A stretch of 64,000 nucleotides of DNA from Alphaproteobacteria bacterium (GTDB lineage: Bacteria > Pseudomonadota > Alphaproteobacteria > CAAGCB01 > CAG-977), in contig JAKSVU010000002.1 in assembly GCA_024413465.1 (NCBI GenBank), forward strand, positions 75,063 through 139,062, read 5' to 3'. A model generated the notes under the pieces. That model did not search any database, had not been told where the DNA came from, and saw only the letters and a program-made list of their open reading frames with translations. This document shows, one piece after another, positions 1 through 10,400 of the stretch (positions are counted from its first letter, which is position 1; each line of letters opens with the position of its first letter). Both the position numbers and the translations under genes were made by a program.

Positions 1-177
1 TTGTATATGCCAACACCAAAAGTAAAAGTCGTTGATACTGTAGGAGCGGGGGATGCTTTTTCTGGAGCATTTTTAGCAAGTTTAATTCAGGGAAAATCGG
101 TAGCAGAAGCACATCAACAGGCTGTAAAAATTTCAGCCTTTGTCGTAGGACAATCTGGTGCTTGTCCTGAATACTAA
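1..177 (+). CDS. PfkB-family carbohydrate kinase, C-terminal fragment (5' partial)
   Basis: Frame 1 is open from the window edge to TAA at 175-177. It encodes ...VGAGDAFSGAFLASLIQGK..., the GAGD anion-hole motif typical of the C-terminus of ribokinase/PfkB kinases. Confidence 0.6.
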   Translation: MYMPTPKVKVVDTVGAGDAFSGAFLASLIQGKSVAEAHQQAVKISAFVVGQSGACPEY

Positions 178-264
178 GATTTTATCAAAAAAAGTTGTAA
201 CCAAATTTAATAAAAATCGTTACACTAGTAGACAAGTAATTTTAATTTAGAAAAGGTTCTTTTT

Positions 265-2034
265 ATGGCTGATATATTAACGATGATAGTTTGTGATGCA
301 AATGGAAATGTGAAAACAAGTAAAGACGATAAAATTGTTACTAAGGATCAAGCAAAGGGATTTTATATTTTTTATGCTAAAAAGAATGTTGATGCCACAA
401 GTAAAAGCGAAATTATTTTGACTATGCCTGTTGGGGGAAATCAAAATGGGTTGTTCCGTTTGCCACACGTTGGTGAAAAAGTTTTAGTATCACAGCAGGG
501 AAATCAATTCTTTTTGATTGCTTATTTGCCAGATACGGAAACGATGGAATTTCGTGAAGAAAGTGCAGATGTAACAGAAGCAAATGAAATTAAAAATTCT
601 GAAGCTTTAATGTTACGCTATAAGTCTCCAAATGCTTTTCCTAAGGAAAATAAGGGGCGAAGTAAAAAGGGTATATCTGAAATTAAATTTTCTACACAGA
701 AAACATACTGGCCTGAAAAAAAGGATACGATTAAATCTGGTAAAACAGTCGATTTTCCAAGTGTTGACAGAATTGACGTTTCATCTTCAGGAGATGTTAT
801 TACTACGGCTCAAAATTATAATGAAATCAATGCTTCTCGCGTAGGGATTTTTGCTGGTGTTCAGAGTGATTTGAAAAAATTAAAAGATAAAGCAACAACA
901 CCGACTGGTGACGTTGCTACAAATGGATTAGAAATTTTACCTCAAGATATTCCAGATGAATTTCCAAGATTTTCTTTGGGGGACGTGCAAATCCGAGCAG
1001 ATAAAAAGATCATGTTGTCAGCTAAGTCAGGAATTATTTTAAGATGTGGTCGTTCTACGATTACTATTGATGATACGGGAATTTGTCTAAAATCTGGAAA
1101 AATTGCGTCAGCTTACCCGACACCAGATGATTCGTCTATTTCAATTACACCAAGATCGGGAGTTTCTATTTCAGGAGACTTTTTGGGGTTAAGTGCAAAT
1201 ATCAAATATTCCATTTCAGAAAGAATGGGAGGGTCAATTTCATCTTTAGCTGGTGTTACTCGAATCAATACTCATGATTTTAGGGTATCGACGAATGCTA
1301 CGATAGAATATGCAAATCAGTGTTTTTGGGCAGGAGCTAGGGGGGTCGAACAAGCTCTCACGTATGTTTCTACTATAACTGGTAAACATGCAGGAGTTGA
1401 TGGAGAAAATGCAGATCATGGTACAATTGTCAGAAATCTTTTAAAACAAGGTGATAAAGTTGCAATTGCAAATGATGTTTTACCGTTGTTGAATAGCTTG
1501 TTTATCGAAGGAAGTGACCATAGACTTAAGGCAGGTGATAGAAATCACAAGGCGGATGAGACAAGATTTAAGGATCCATGTAGTTCAATGATTTCTGTTG
1601 CAAATATTATTTTTTCTATCTTACCAATTGTTAATATGGTTCTTGACATGTCAGTTCCTATGGAAAAAAAGCAAAATAAAGCTTATGCTGAATCGATGAA
1701 TATGATCAATAGCGCCTTATCCTATTCCGTTCTTGCTTATTTGGCAACGACAATTTGTACAGCAACGGCAGGTATCCATTATAATGAATTTGCGTTAAAG
1801 GGAAGCGGAGATATTGATTTGATTTCCAAAAAAATTCAGAAAACAGTTGCAATGAGTACAAAGGGATATTCACCTGTTGCAGGTGTGGGGATAGATGCAA
1901 CACTTAATACTTGGTGGAAAAAAGCTCTTGCTATAGTAGTTGCTGGTGCAGCAGGTGGTGTTGCAATTTGGCAAATAGCAGAAACTTTGCTAAAAAGAGA
2001 CGTTGAAACAATGAAAGATTTGCAGGAGTTATAA
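265..2034 (+). CDS. N-terminally truncated VgrG/gp5-like spike protein with C-terminal hydrophobic (putative membrane-inserting) helices
   Basis: 589-aa ORF with RBS AAAAGG upstream. Residues ~55-90 (GLFRLPHVGEKVLVSQQGNQFFLIAYLPD) match the gp5/VgrG OB-fold motif (FRIPRIGEEVLVEF..G....P.I.G..YN). The following NKGRSKKGISEIKFSTQK resembles the VgrG segment after the OB-fold (NKTRSGIKSRSS..NELRFEDKKG). The middle has beta-helix-like short repeats. The C-terminal ~190 aa contains three hydrophobic 22-24-aa stretches. Confidence 0.55.
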   Translation: MADILTMIVCDANGNVKTSKDDKIVTKDQAKGFYIFYAKKNVDATSKSEIILTMPVGGNQNGLFRLPHVGEKVLVSQQGNQFFLIAYLPDTETMEFREESADVTEANEIKNSEALMLRYKSPNAFPKENKGRSKKGISEIKFSTQKTYWPEKKDTIKSGKTVDFPSVDRIDVSSSGDVITTAQNYNEINASRVGIFAGVQSDLKKLKDKATTPTGDVATNGLEILPQDIPDEFPRFSLGDVQIRADKKIMLSAKSGIILRCGRSTITIDDTGICLKSGKIASAYPTPDDSSISITPRSGVSISGDFLGLSANIKYSISERMGGSISSLAGVTRINTHDFRVSTNATIEYANQCFWAGARGVEQALTYVSTITGKHAGVDGENADHGTIVRNLLKQGDKVAIANDVLPLLNSLFIEGSDHRLKAGDRNHKADETRFKDPCSSMISVANIIFSILPIVNMVLDMSVPMEKKQNKAYAESMNMINSALSYSVLAYLATTICTATAGIHYNEFALKGSGDIDLISKKIQKTVAMSTKGYSPVAGVGIDATLNTWWKKALAIVVAGAAGGVAIWQIAETLLKRDVETMKDLQEL

Positions 2035-2037
2035 GCG

Positions 2038-2424
2038 ATGGATGATAAGACAAAAGATGCTTTTAAAGAAATGGTAATGCCTTTAATTACAGGTATTGGG
2101 ACGACTATTGCTGTTGGTGCTATTACTTCTGCTTTAACAAAATATTTGGTTACAAATTTTGAAGAAAAAGATGTGACAGGAGATCGAGAGGTAAAACCTA
2201 CGGATACGGAAACAACTGTTAATAAAGCTGAGGTTTCAGGAAATGAAACTGAAGGAAAGTTAGCAAAAGATGGCGTGAATGGAACTGAAGGCAAAATTAA
2301 AGCAAACGAAACAAAAGGAATTGCTTCGACAGCTGAAGCAACTGCTGCTGATGCTGGGGCTCAAGCATTGCGTACAAAAGCTGGTGCGATGGAAGTTAAA
2401 ACAAAAGGATTGGAAATCCAGTAA
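2038..2424 (+). CDS. small single-pass membrane protein with Thr/Glu/Gly/Lys-rich tail (possible immunity/accessory protein)
   Basis: ATG lies 4 nt after the upstream stop, with an AGGAG-like RBS (caggag). One hydrophobic helix (PLITGIGTTIAVGAITSAL) is followed by low-complexity ETEGK/TEGK repeats. Confidence 0.45.
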   Translation: MDDKTKDAFKEMVMPLITGIGTTIAVGAITSALTKYLVTNFEEKDVTGDREVKPTDTETTVNKAEVSGNETEGKLAKDGVNGTEGKIKANETKGIASTAEATAADAGAQALRTKAGAMEVKTKGLEIQ

Positions 2425-2492
2425 AAATATAGCATTTATATGTGTGATAAATATGATTTTTAGTGAATAAAAGAGGACGAGGAAAATATAAA

Positions 2493-3746
2493 ATGAGCGA
2501 TAAATTAGAATGGCGAAACAGACATTTTGCATTGCTGAGATGTAAAGATTTGAAAGATGCAGTTGATTCTGAAAAATATGTGTGTCGTCCTGATTTGAAA
2601 GATTTTTACAAGAAAAATTTAGTCGAAGACGTAATTTGGGATTTTGCGGATGCCGGACGATATAAATGTGCTACAGAATTAATGGGATACGTTGGTCATC
2701 ATCGGGCAGTAGTTTGGTGGGCATATCAATGTGCGTTATCTTTGATGGAAGAATTGGAAAAAAATCCAGCACCAACTGTCGATATTGATAATATTGGAAA
2801 ATCATTCGAGCCAGAAGTTCCTGATTTTGCCAAGGTTGAAATTCCTAAGATTACGCCGGAACAACAAGGTGAAATTGATAAAAATATGGCGAATTTAAAC
2901 CAAAAAGTTCAGGAATTGCGTGCAAAATGTGATCCAGAATTGTTGGGGATGGCTGATGAATTGATGGATACTTTTTATCAAGAATTTAAAAAAGTTCACG
3001 GGTATACACCACTTGAATTGATAGATTTAGCTGGAAAAAAATATAGGGAAGAAATTGAGCAAGGAAACGTTGATAGAAACAGTCCTATTTTTAAAGAGTG
3101 TGAAAAGATAAAAGCTCAACTTCAGAACGTTCGTAAGGAAACTTTAGATACGATTCATACAGTTCTCCCTCCTGAATTGCCAGAAGTGAAGAAAGAACAA
3201 TCTTTAAAAGCAATAAAATCTGTTTATAACTGGATTTTGGCTCCAGATGAAATTAACGCAAAAATCTGCTTAGATTGTGGAAATGCTTGTCCAGATGCTC
3301 CGGCTGGAATTTTGGCATATTGTGCATTTTGGGCTTGGGGAGATATGCTTCCTGGTGAAAAAACAGATGTCGTTGTTAAAACACCTGCAGGTTTAATGTC
3401 AAACGGGATATCTCAATTTTTGTTGATGTGTGCTTTGCATAAAGGAGGAACGCGTAAATTAAAAGAACGTTATGCCGAATATTTTAGATTAGGTGTTGAT
3501 GTTTTGACAGGCAGAAATCTTTGGGATGAAGCAGTGATTTCTGGGGAAGTTCCTCATGAAAAATTCCTTCAAGAAAATGAAAATTCAAATGGCGTAGAGG
3601 TTAAGAAAACTTCTCCTGTTCAAGCTGAAGTGAAAGAAAATGATAAAAAAGTGGATGAAAATTCTGATATAGATGATTTTGAACGGAAGGTTACTCAAGC
3701 TGGCTATAGAAAAGAGAAAAAATATACTCGTTGGAAACCAGAATAA
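2493..3746 (+). CDS. hypothetical protein (Cys-containing, no recognised family)
   Basis: The ORF is open from GTG 2463; ATG 2493 is preferred because of the RBS AAGAGGACGAGGA. It is the third gene of the same operon and is followed by the terminator at 3771-3807. Confidence 0.5.
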   Translation: MSDKLEWRNRHFALLRCKDLKDAVDSEKYVCRPDLKDFYKKNLVEDVIWDFADAGRYKCATELMGYVGHHRAVVWWAYQCALSLMEELEKNPAPTVDIDNIGKSFEPEVPDFAKVEIPKITPEQQGEIDKNMANLNQKVQELRAKCDPELLGMADELMDTFYQEFKKVHGYTPLELIDLAGKKYREEIEQGNVDRNSPIFKECEKIKAQLQNVRKETLDTIHTVLPPELPEVKKEQSLKAIKSVYNWILAPDEINAKICLDCGNACPDAPAGILAYCAFWAWGDMLPGEKTDVVVKTPAGLMSNGISQFLLMCALHKGGTRKLKERYAEYFRLGVDVLTGRNLWDEAVISGEVPHEKFLQENENSNGVEVKKTSPVQAEVKENDKKVDENSDIDDFERKVTQAGYRKEKKYTRWKPE

Positions 3747-3770
3747 TTAGAGGGTAGTCGTTTTTATTGT

Positions 3771-3807
3771 AAGGGGAGTCTGAAATTACAGATTCCCCTT
3801 CTTTTTT
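3771..3807 (+). terminator. Rho-independent terminator
   Basis: Hairpin aaggggagtctg/cagattcccctt followed by the T-run cttttttg. Confidence 0.6.
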
Positions 3808-3947
3808 GAAATGGAAATTTTTCCCTTGATGTTTTTTGATTGATTTTCTAAAAAAAGACAATTTTATTGATAAAAATAAAAAAAATACTTTGACGAAAGG
3901 CTCCTTTTTGGTGTTTACTTGCCATAATAAAAATAGGGAAAGTTTGA

Positions 3948-4190
3948 ATGAAAAAAGAAGAAATAGAGGCCTTGTGTTTTGAGGATGCTTTACATGAGTT
4001 GGAGAGCATTGTGAGCAAGATGGATAATGGACAAGTCAAGCTCGAGGATGCAATCAGTATGTATGAACAAGGCAATTTGTTGCGTAAACAATGTGAAAAA
4101 AAATTAGCAGAGGCTCGTTTGAAGGTGGAACAAATTACCACTTCAACTGCGGGACAAGCGATAGGATTAGAACCTTTTAAAGCGGAGTAA
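3948..4190 (+). CDS. xseB: exodeoxyribonuclease VII small subunit
   Basis: 80 aa. FEDALHELESIV...LEDAISMYEQG..L...C matches the XseB family pattern. It lies in the conserved xseB-ispA-dxs arrangement. Confidence 0.85.
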   Translation: MKKEEIEALCFEDALHELESIVSKMDNGQVKLEDAISMYEQGNLLRKQCEKKLAEARLKVEQITTSTAGQAIGLEPFKAE

Positions 4191-4196
4191 AATTTT

Positions 4197-5087
4197 ATGG
4201 TAGATTTAGTTAGAGAATTAAAAGAAACTGCAAAAGCAACCAGAAATACGATAGATCGTTTGTTAAAAGTTCCAAATGGAATGGAAAAGCGCGTTGTTGA
4301 AGCAATGAGATATTCTGTTTTGGCTGGTGGGAAGGCTTTGCGTCCGTTTATGGTTCTTGAAAGTGCAAAATTGTTTGACGTTGAACAAGAACGCGCTTTG
4401 CGTGTAGCTGCAGCTTTGGAAATGGTTCATTGCTATTCTTTGATTCATGATGATTTACCAGCAATGGATAATGATGATATGCGTCGTGGTCAACCTACTT
4501 GTCATAAACAATTTGATGAAGCTACTGCTATTTTAGCGGGAGATGGTTTGTTGACACGTGCTTTTGGTGTCATTTCAAGTGATGAATGTTTATTTGAACC
4601 TCAAATTAGATGTAAATTAATTCACCGTTTGGCAAAAGCTGCCGGAATGACCGGTATGATTGGTGGCCAAATGATGGATATTTTGGCAGAAACAGAAGAA
4701 GAAATGAAATTGCCAGATGTTATTAGATTACAAGAATTAAAGACAGGTTGTTTGTTCTCTTTTGCTTGTGAATCTGGTGCTGTCATGGGCAAAGGATCTT
4801 TGGAACAACAACAAAAATTGCGTGATTATGCTCGTCACTTTGGATTAGCTTTCCAAATTGCTGACGATATTTTGGATGTTGAAGGCGATGCAAACGTTGT
4901 TGGAAAGGCAGTTCGTAAAGATTTGGATGCTCATAAGGCAACATTTATCTCCTTGTTAGGTTTAGAAAAAGCAAAAGAACAAGCAAGATTGTTATCTCAG
5001 CAAGCTGTAGATAGCCTAGCTGGTTTTGATGGTCGTGCAGACAATTTGCGTGAATTAGCACGTTATATTGTGGATCGTAAATCATGA
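4197..5087 (+). CDS. ispA: farnesyl/geranyl diphosphate synthase
   Basis: Both aspartate-rich motifs are present (LIHDDLPAMDNDDMRRG and FQIADDILD). Confidence 0.9.
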   Translation: MVDLVRELKETAKATRNTIDRLLKVPNGMEKRVVEAMRYSVLAGGKALRPFMVLESAKLFDVEQERALRVAAALEMVHCYSLIHDDLPAMDNDDMRRGQPTCHKQFDEATAILAGDGLLTRAFGVISSDECLFEPQIRCKLIHRLAKAAGMTGMIGGQMMDILAETEEEMKLPDVIRLQELKTGCLFSFACESGAVMGKGSLEQQQKLRDYARHFGLAFQIADDILDVEGDANVVGKAVRKDLDAHKATFISLLGLEKAKEQARLLSQQAVDSLAGFDGRADNLRELARYIVDRKS

Positions 5088-6988
5088 TTGATAACGAATC
5101 TGAGTATTCAGATTTATTAAGTCAGATAAATTCTCCCGTCGATTTGCGTCAGTTGCCAATTTGTGATCTTCCTAAATTGGCTCAGGATATTCGTCATAAA
5201 ATTATTGACGTAGTGTCAAAAACGGGGGGACATTTGGGGTCAAGTCTTGGTGTCGTTGAATTAACAATCGCCTTGCATTACGTCTTTAACACGCCGGATG
5301 ATAAATTGATTTTTGACGTGGGACATCAATGTTATACCCATAAATTGTTGACGGGAAGACGCGATCGTTTTGATAAGTTACGCCAAGAAGGTGGCTTGTC
5401 TGGTTTTACGAAACGGTCAGAAAGTGATTTTGATCCATTTGGAGCAGGACATAGTTCTACGTCTGTTTCTGCAGCTGTTGGTATGGCTGCTGGACGTGAT
5501 TTGACAGGACGTAAAAATAATGTGATTTGCGTTATTGGTGATGGATCAATGAGTGCTGGTATGGCATTCGAAGCATTGAATAATGCTGGTGATACAAATC
5601 GCAGAATGATTGTTATCTTGAATGACAATGATATGTCTATTGCTCAACCAGTGGGAGCTTTAAGTCATCATTTATCACAAATTTTGTCTTCTAAAAAATA
5701 TATGTCATTGCGTCAGACTGCTTTGGAAATGTCTGAACGCTTGCCTCAATTTGTGAAAAAAATGGCATTGAAGGTTGAACATCATGCTAAAGGGTTAGTA
5801 ACGGGAGGAACTTTGTTCGAGGAGTTAGGGTTATATTACGTTGGCCCAATCGATGGACATAGTTTTGATCAACTGATTCCAATTTTGACGAACGTGCGTG
5901 ATGCTCCAGAAGAATGTCCTATTTTAATACACGTTGTTACACAAAAGGGAAAAGGTTATGCTCCAGCTGAACAAAAGCCATCAAAATATCATGGAGTTTC
6001 TAAGTTTGATGTAACAACAGGTGAATTTGTCCCAAAAACAAATAAGAATCCAACTTTTACACAAACTTTTTCGGATACGTTGGTTTCGATGGCTGCTCAA
6101 GATTCAACAATTGCTGCAATTACTGCGGCAATGCCAAGTGGAACGGGACTAGATGCTTTTTCACAGATGTATAATTCTCGTTTTTTTGACGTTGGAATTG
6201 CAGAACAACATGCTGTTACTTTTGCTGCGGGGTTAGCTTGTGAAGGGGTAAAACCATTTGTTGCCTTGTATTCTAGTTTTTTACAAAGAGCATACGATCA
6301 AGTTTTGCATGACGTTGCTTTACAAAATTTACCAGTTCGTTTTTGTATAGATAGAGCAGGATTTGTCGGTGATGATGGTGCAACGCATCATGGGGTGTTT
6401 GATTTGGCAATGCTTTGTCCGATTCCAAATATGATTGTTATGGCTCCATCTGATCAGCAAGAATTGCAAAAAATGTTGCTGACAATGCAAGAAATTAATG
6501 ATCATCCTTCAGCTGTTCGTTATCCAAGAGGAAGTGGGGAATGTGTTGAATTGGCAAATAACGTGGAACCTTTGGAAGTTGGTAAAGGTCGAGTTTTGCG
6601 CGAAGGAAAAAAGGTTGCAGTCGTTTCTTTGGGAACAAGATTGAAAGCTTGTTTAGATGCTGCAGATTTAGTTAAAAACCATAAAAATTTTGAGCCAACA
6701 GTTGTTGATGCTCGATTTGCTAAACCTTTTGATAAAGATTTGATTCGTCAATTAGTGAAAAAGCATGATGGATTGGTTTTTGTTGAGGAAGGTGTTACTG
6801 GTGGTTTCGGAACGATGGTGATGAACTGGATGACAAATGAAGGTTTGTCAGATGGTGTTAAATTACGTTGTTTAACGGTTCCTGACGTTTTTGTAGAACA
6901 GGCAACAGCTGAACGACAATATGAATTAGCAGGCTTAGATGCTAAGCATATTAGTCAAGTTATAGAATCTATCGCAGGCAAAAAATAA
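5084..6988 (+). CDS. dxs: 1-deoxy-D-xylulose-5-phosphate synthase
   Basis: 634 aa with a TPP-binding GDG...N motif and transketolase-like domains. It overlaps the ispA stop by 4 nt. Confidence 0.95.
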   Translation: MIDNESEYSDLLSQINSPVDLRQLPICDLPKLAQDIRHKIIDVVSKTGGHLGSSLGVVELTIALHYVFNTPDDKLIFDVGHQCYTHKLLTGRRDRFDKLRQEGGLSGFTKRSESDFDPFGAGHSSTSVSAAVGMAAGRDLTGRKNNVICVIGDGSMSAGMAFEALNNAGDTNRRMIVILNDNDMSIAQPVGALSHHLSQILSSKKYMSLRQTALEMSERLPQFVKKMALKVEHHAKGLVTGGTLFEELGLYYVGPIDGHSFDQLIPILTNVRDAPEECPILIHVVTQKGKGYAPAEQKPSKYHGVSKFDVTTGEFVPKTNKNPTFTQTFSDTLVSMAAQDSTIAAITAAMPSGTGLDAFSQMYNSRFFDVGIAEQHAVTFAAGLACEGVKPFVALYSSFLQRAYDQVLHDVALQNLPVRFCIDRAGFVGDDGATHHGVFDLAMLCPIPNMIVMAPSDQQELQKMLLTMQEINDHPSAVRYPRGSGECVELANNVEPLEVGKGRVLREGKKVAVVSLGTRLKACLDAADLVKNHKNFEPTVVDARFAKPFDKDLIRQLVKKHDGLVFVEEGVTGGFGTMVMNWMTNEGLSDGVKLRCLTVPDVFVEQATAERQYELAGLDAKHISQVIESIAGKK

Positions 6989-7076
6989 ATAATTTAATGA
7001 AATGCTAGGTGACTGTTTTTTTATGAATTATTAATTTGAAAAATAATTATAAAAAAATGCTTGCATAATTTTGTTT

Positions 7077-7125
7077 TGTCAATATATAGTGGAAGTGAAG
7101 AGAGAAAACTCTCTATATTTAGTTT
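7077..7125 (+). promoter_or_regulatory. two NrdR-box-like 16-bp palindromes (tgtCAATATATAGTGg and tctCTATATTTAGTtt), centres 33 bp apart
   Basis: Each matches ~12-13/16 positions of the NrdR box consensus acaCwAtATaTwGtgt as I recall it. They lie 25-70 bp upstream of the NrdD-like mini-gene, after a TTGCAT -35-like hexamer at 7062-7067. Confidence 0.35.
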
Positions 7126-7149
7126 TTATTATTTATATAGAAGAAAAAA

Positions 7150-7344
7150 ATGAACGATAATACAGAAATTTTATTAAAAGATGAAGAACGCCAGCCTTGT
7201 GAAGTTTGGACAAGGGTAATGGGATATTTTCGTCCAATGTCAGAATATAATTATGGTAAAAAAAGTGAATTTGCTGAACGCCGTTATTTTAAACAAGATT
7301 TGGCAATGGAAAAAATTTGTAGTTGCCATCAAGCTGCAGAATAA
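7150..7344 (+). CDS. stand-alone NrdD C-terminal glycyl-radical-domain-like mini-protein (64 aa)
   Basis: TRVMGYFRPMSEYNYGKKSEFAERRYF matches the class III RNR glycyl radical motif RVCGYLGSP..FNAGKQ.EV..R. It is flanked by Cys residues (C17, C58, C60). A terminator follows directly. Confidence 0.55.
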   Translation: MNDNTEILLKDEERQPCEVWTRVMGYFRPMSEYNYGKKSEFAERRYFKQDLAMEKICSCHQAAE

Positions 7345-7365
7345 AGAATTAAAATTGTAAAAATG

Positions 7366-7395
7366 AAAAACAGGAGATTTTCTCCTGTTTTTTTG
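7366..7395 (+). terminator. Rho-independent terminator (A-tract upstream, possibly bidirectional)
   Basis: aacaggaga ttt tctcctgtt followed by tttttg. Confidence 0.6.
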
Positions 7396-7496
7396 TTAAG
7401 GGCAAAATATGCCTAGTTTGATGTGATATTAACTTTTTTTTAAATGAATCAAGATAAGCTGACTGTATATCTATGGATGACAGAAGGAATCAGGTT

Positions 7497-10400
7497 ATGC
7501 GAATAAAAAAGAATTGGAAATTTGCTGGATTGTTAATGCTTTCAACGGCATTGATGCCTGTTCCTGGATATACAAGTGCTACATTGGAAATTTCAAGCCA
7601 ACCCTTAGGGAATCAATACGTTGATGAGCGAACGGCCACGAATGATGTCGAAATTACATCCACTGGAGATATTAAGTTTAATTCAAGTTTTAAGGAACTT
7701 TGGTCATATTACAGTTATGTCACGAATGAGACAGGAGAAGTTTCTTTTGAAAGAATAGGTGACACAGTGACATATACACCTGAACAAGTTCAAAGTGCAC
7801 CGCAAGATTATAAAGGTGATATTGTTTTTAGTAGTAGCGGAAAATTTTCAGATTCGGATGATGCTGGGATACGAATTTACAAAGGGTTAGATGTTTTAGA
7901 GATTGGGCAAAGTGAAATTCAGACGCCGGGGAATATAATTATTCAAGCAGGAACTTTTAATTTTACTCAAAAACAAGGTGAGATTCTGTTAAGAAGATCT
8001 GCTAGTGGTAATTTTACGATTAATGGGGGAAAATTTGTTGTTGGAGAACATGGTAAAGCTCTCATCGGTCAAAAGTTTTATTCTGATGGTGGTTTTGGGA
8101 AAACAAGTACTAAACTTTTTATTAACTCAGGAACTTTAGATATTGCAGCTGGAGGAATTTTACAATTTAGTGGATATAACGTTCAATATGGAGGCGGTTC
8201 TACTAATAAAGTTATGATAACAGATTCTTCTGCGGGAATTTTATCCTTTATTGGGGGAAATAGTGAGTCAGCTAAAACCATAGATATTAAAGATTCAATT
8301 GATTTAAGCCAAGGGGAATTGAATTTATATTCTGGAAATATGATTTTAAATGCTGATGTAACCGTTAAAAAATTTAGTTTTGGAGATACAACGGATGTTG
8401 ACGCTACAATTTTAGGAATTAAAACTCCAGAAGGACAAATTTTGAACGTTGATAAAAGTCATCATCTGACAGTTTCTGAAGATTTTGTTATGAAATCAAA
8501 TTCTCATCTAATTGGTGATGGTGTTCTTTCACTAGAACATGGAGCGAGTGCGACTTTTGGTATTTTGGATTTTGGAACGATTTCAGTAAGTGGTCAAAAT
8601 GGAAGTGATGTCTATGGAACAATCACTTTTATGGGGGCAGCCAATTTGATTAATTTGGAAGCTGAGGGGTCAAAAATTCAAAATAATTCTAATTTAACAG
8701 TTGAAAATTTGACTTTAAAAGCAAATGGGGCTGATAAATCTGAACTTACTTTGGCAAAGGCTGATGAAGGTGGAACTGCATATTTGTATATAGACCATTT
8801 TGATATTGAAGGTGGAACGGTTGTATTTAATCAAGATAGTCAATTGTACATTAGGAAAGATGCGATAATTAATGAATTGACAACGATAAATGGAAAAGGA
8901 ACAATTAATTTTACCAGTGATCCTAGCAAGGAAACAGGTGTTTTAGAATTTAAAGATTCCGTTGAAAATTCAACAAAAACTATTTCAATTGCGGAAACAA
9001 TTAATTTAGTTGTTGGTAATGGAGGAACCGTAGATTTTAATTTATCAAATGGTTTGACTGGTTTTAATCTTGTAAGTGTAGAAGATGGACTGCTAAAGGT
9101 CTCTCAATCAGAAAATATAATACATAAACTTGTTTTGGGACAGGCAGCTTCTTCGAAATCTTTTGTGCTACAAGTTGCAGAAGGAGCTACTTTAAATTTT
9201 GATAAATATGCGTATATTTATCCTGGTGCTCAGCTGAATATTGATGGAACGTTATCCATTAATGGAACGACAGATGAAGGGGAATATGTTGTTTCTGGTA
9301 AATCATCAACGATAGCTGCTGCAAAGGGAACTGAAACAAATGTGGTTGGTTCTGGAACTTTACAATTAATTGGTAAGATCACTTCAAATGCATCCTATAA
9401 CATTGAAAATCTTGTTATTGGTGATGGAACAACGACGACGGTTACGCATGATACAAGAGGAACTTCTTCTTCAGATTGGTCAAGTCAACATTTCGCTCAA
9501 AATTTAACAGTCAATGCAAATGCAATTTTAAACATTGACGGTGGTGAATTGGATACAGCAGGATTAAGTGGTGATGGGACAATAGTTATCAATACAAATG
9601 GAATTTTAGGGGTTGATTCTACTTCAGAATTAACAGGCGTTGGTTCAATTTCAGGTGATGGAACGTTAAAATTATTAAACGCTACAAATATGACATTGTT
9701 AGCAGATTCATCGTCTTCTTTAAAGGTTTCAATCGGAACTGGAACTTTAACAATTGGAACGGATGGTTCAACATCAAATACAAAGTTTGGTTCATTGTCA
9801 TTTAATGATTCTGCGAATGGTGGTTCTGTTGTTATCAATGATGGAAGTTCACTTTCATTGGGCTCAATTAATGTTTCTGGGAAATCAAGTTTAATTGGAA
9901 AAGGGAGTTTATATTTAGCAACAGCTCCAGCAGATTATGGAAAAATTTCCTATATTTCTGGTGGGGGAAATTTAGATTTCAATAAAATTGAAATTACTTA
10001 TGGTGGTTTAATTGTTTCTAGATCAGGAAAAATTGAAGATTTAACTACAATCGGTTTACAAGTTTCTGGATCAGGAACGTTATTGAATGTTAATAAAATA
10101 ACGGCTGATGGAAATTCTGGGGGGATTGGTCTTACAGATGGGGCGTCACTTCAAGTTGAAAAATTTATGACTTCAAGTACTGTTGTTGGAACTGGAACGT
10201 TAGTGGCGGGAGAAGGACAATTTGATTCACATGCAGTTTCTGATTTTATGGGGTATGCTTATCCTGTGTTAGATACGCTAGATAAATCTTTGTCAGGAAT
10301 ATTGACTGTTCAGGGTGAGATAAATAATGTTCGTGTAACTCAAGGAACATTAGAAATAGAGGGAACTAATCATTTTTATGCGAGTGAGTTGACAAAGTTA

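Noticed and set aside
1836-2532. Minus-strand ORFs (152 aa, 90 aa) overlapping the spike-like gene and its downstream partner
   Set aside because: They are antisense to well-supported plus-strand genes and have low-complexity Ser/Phe/Cys-rich translations.
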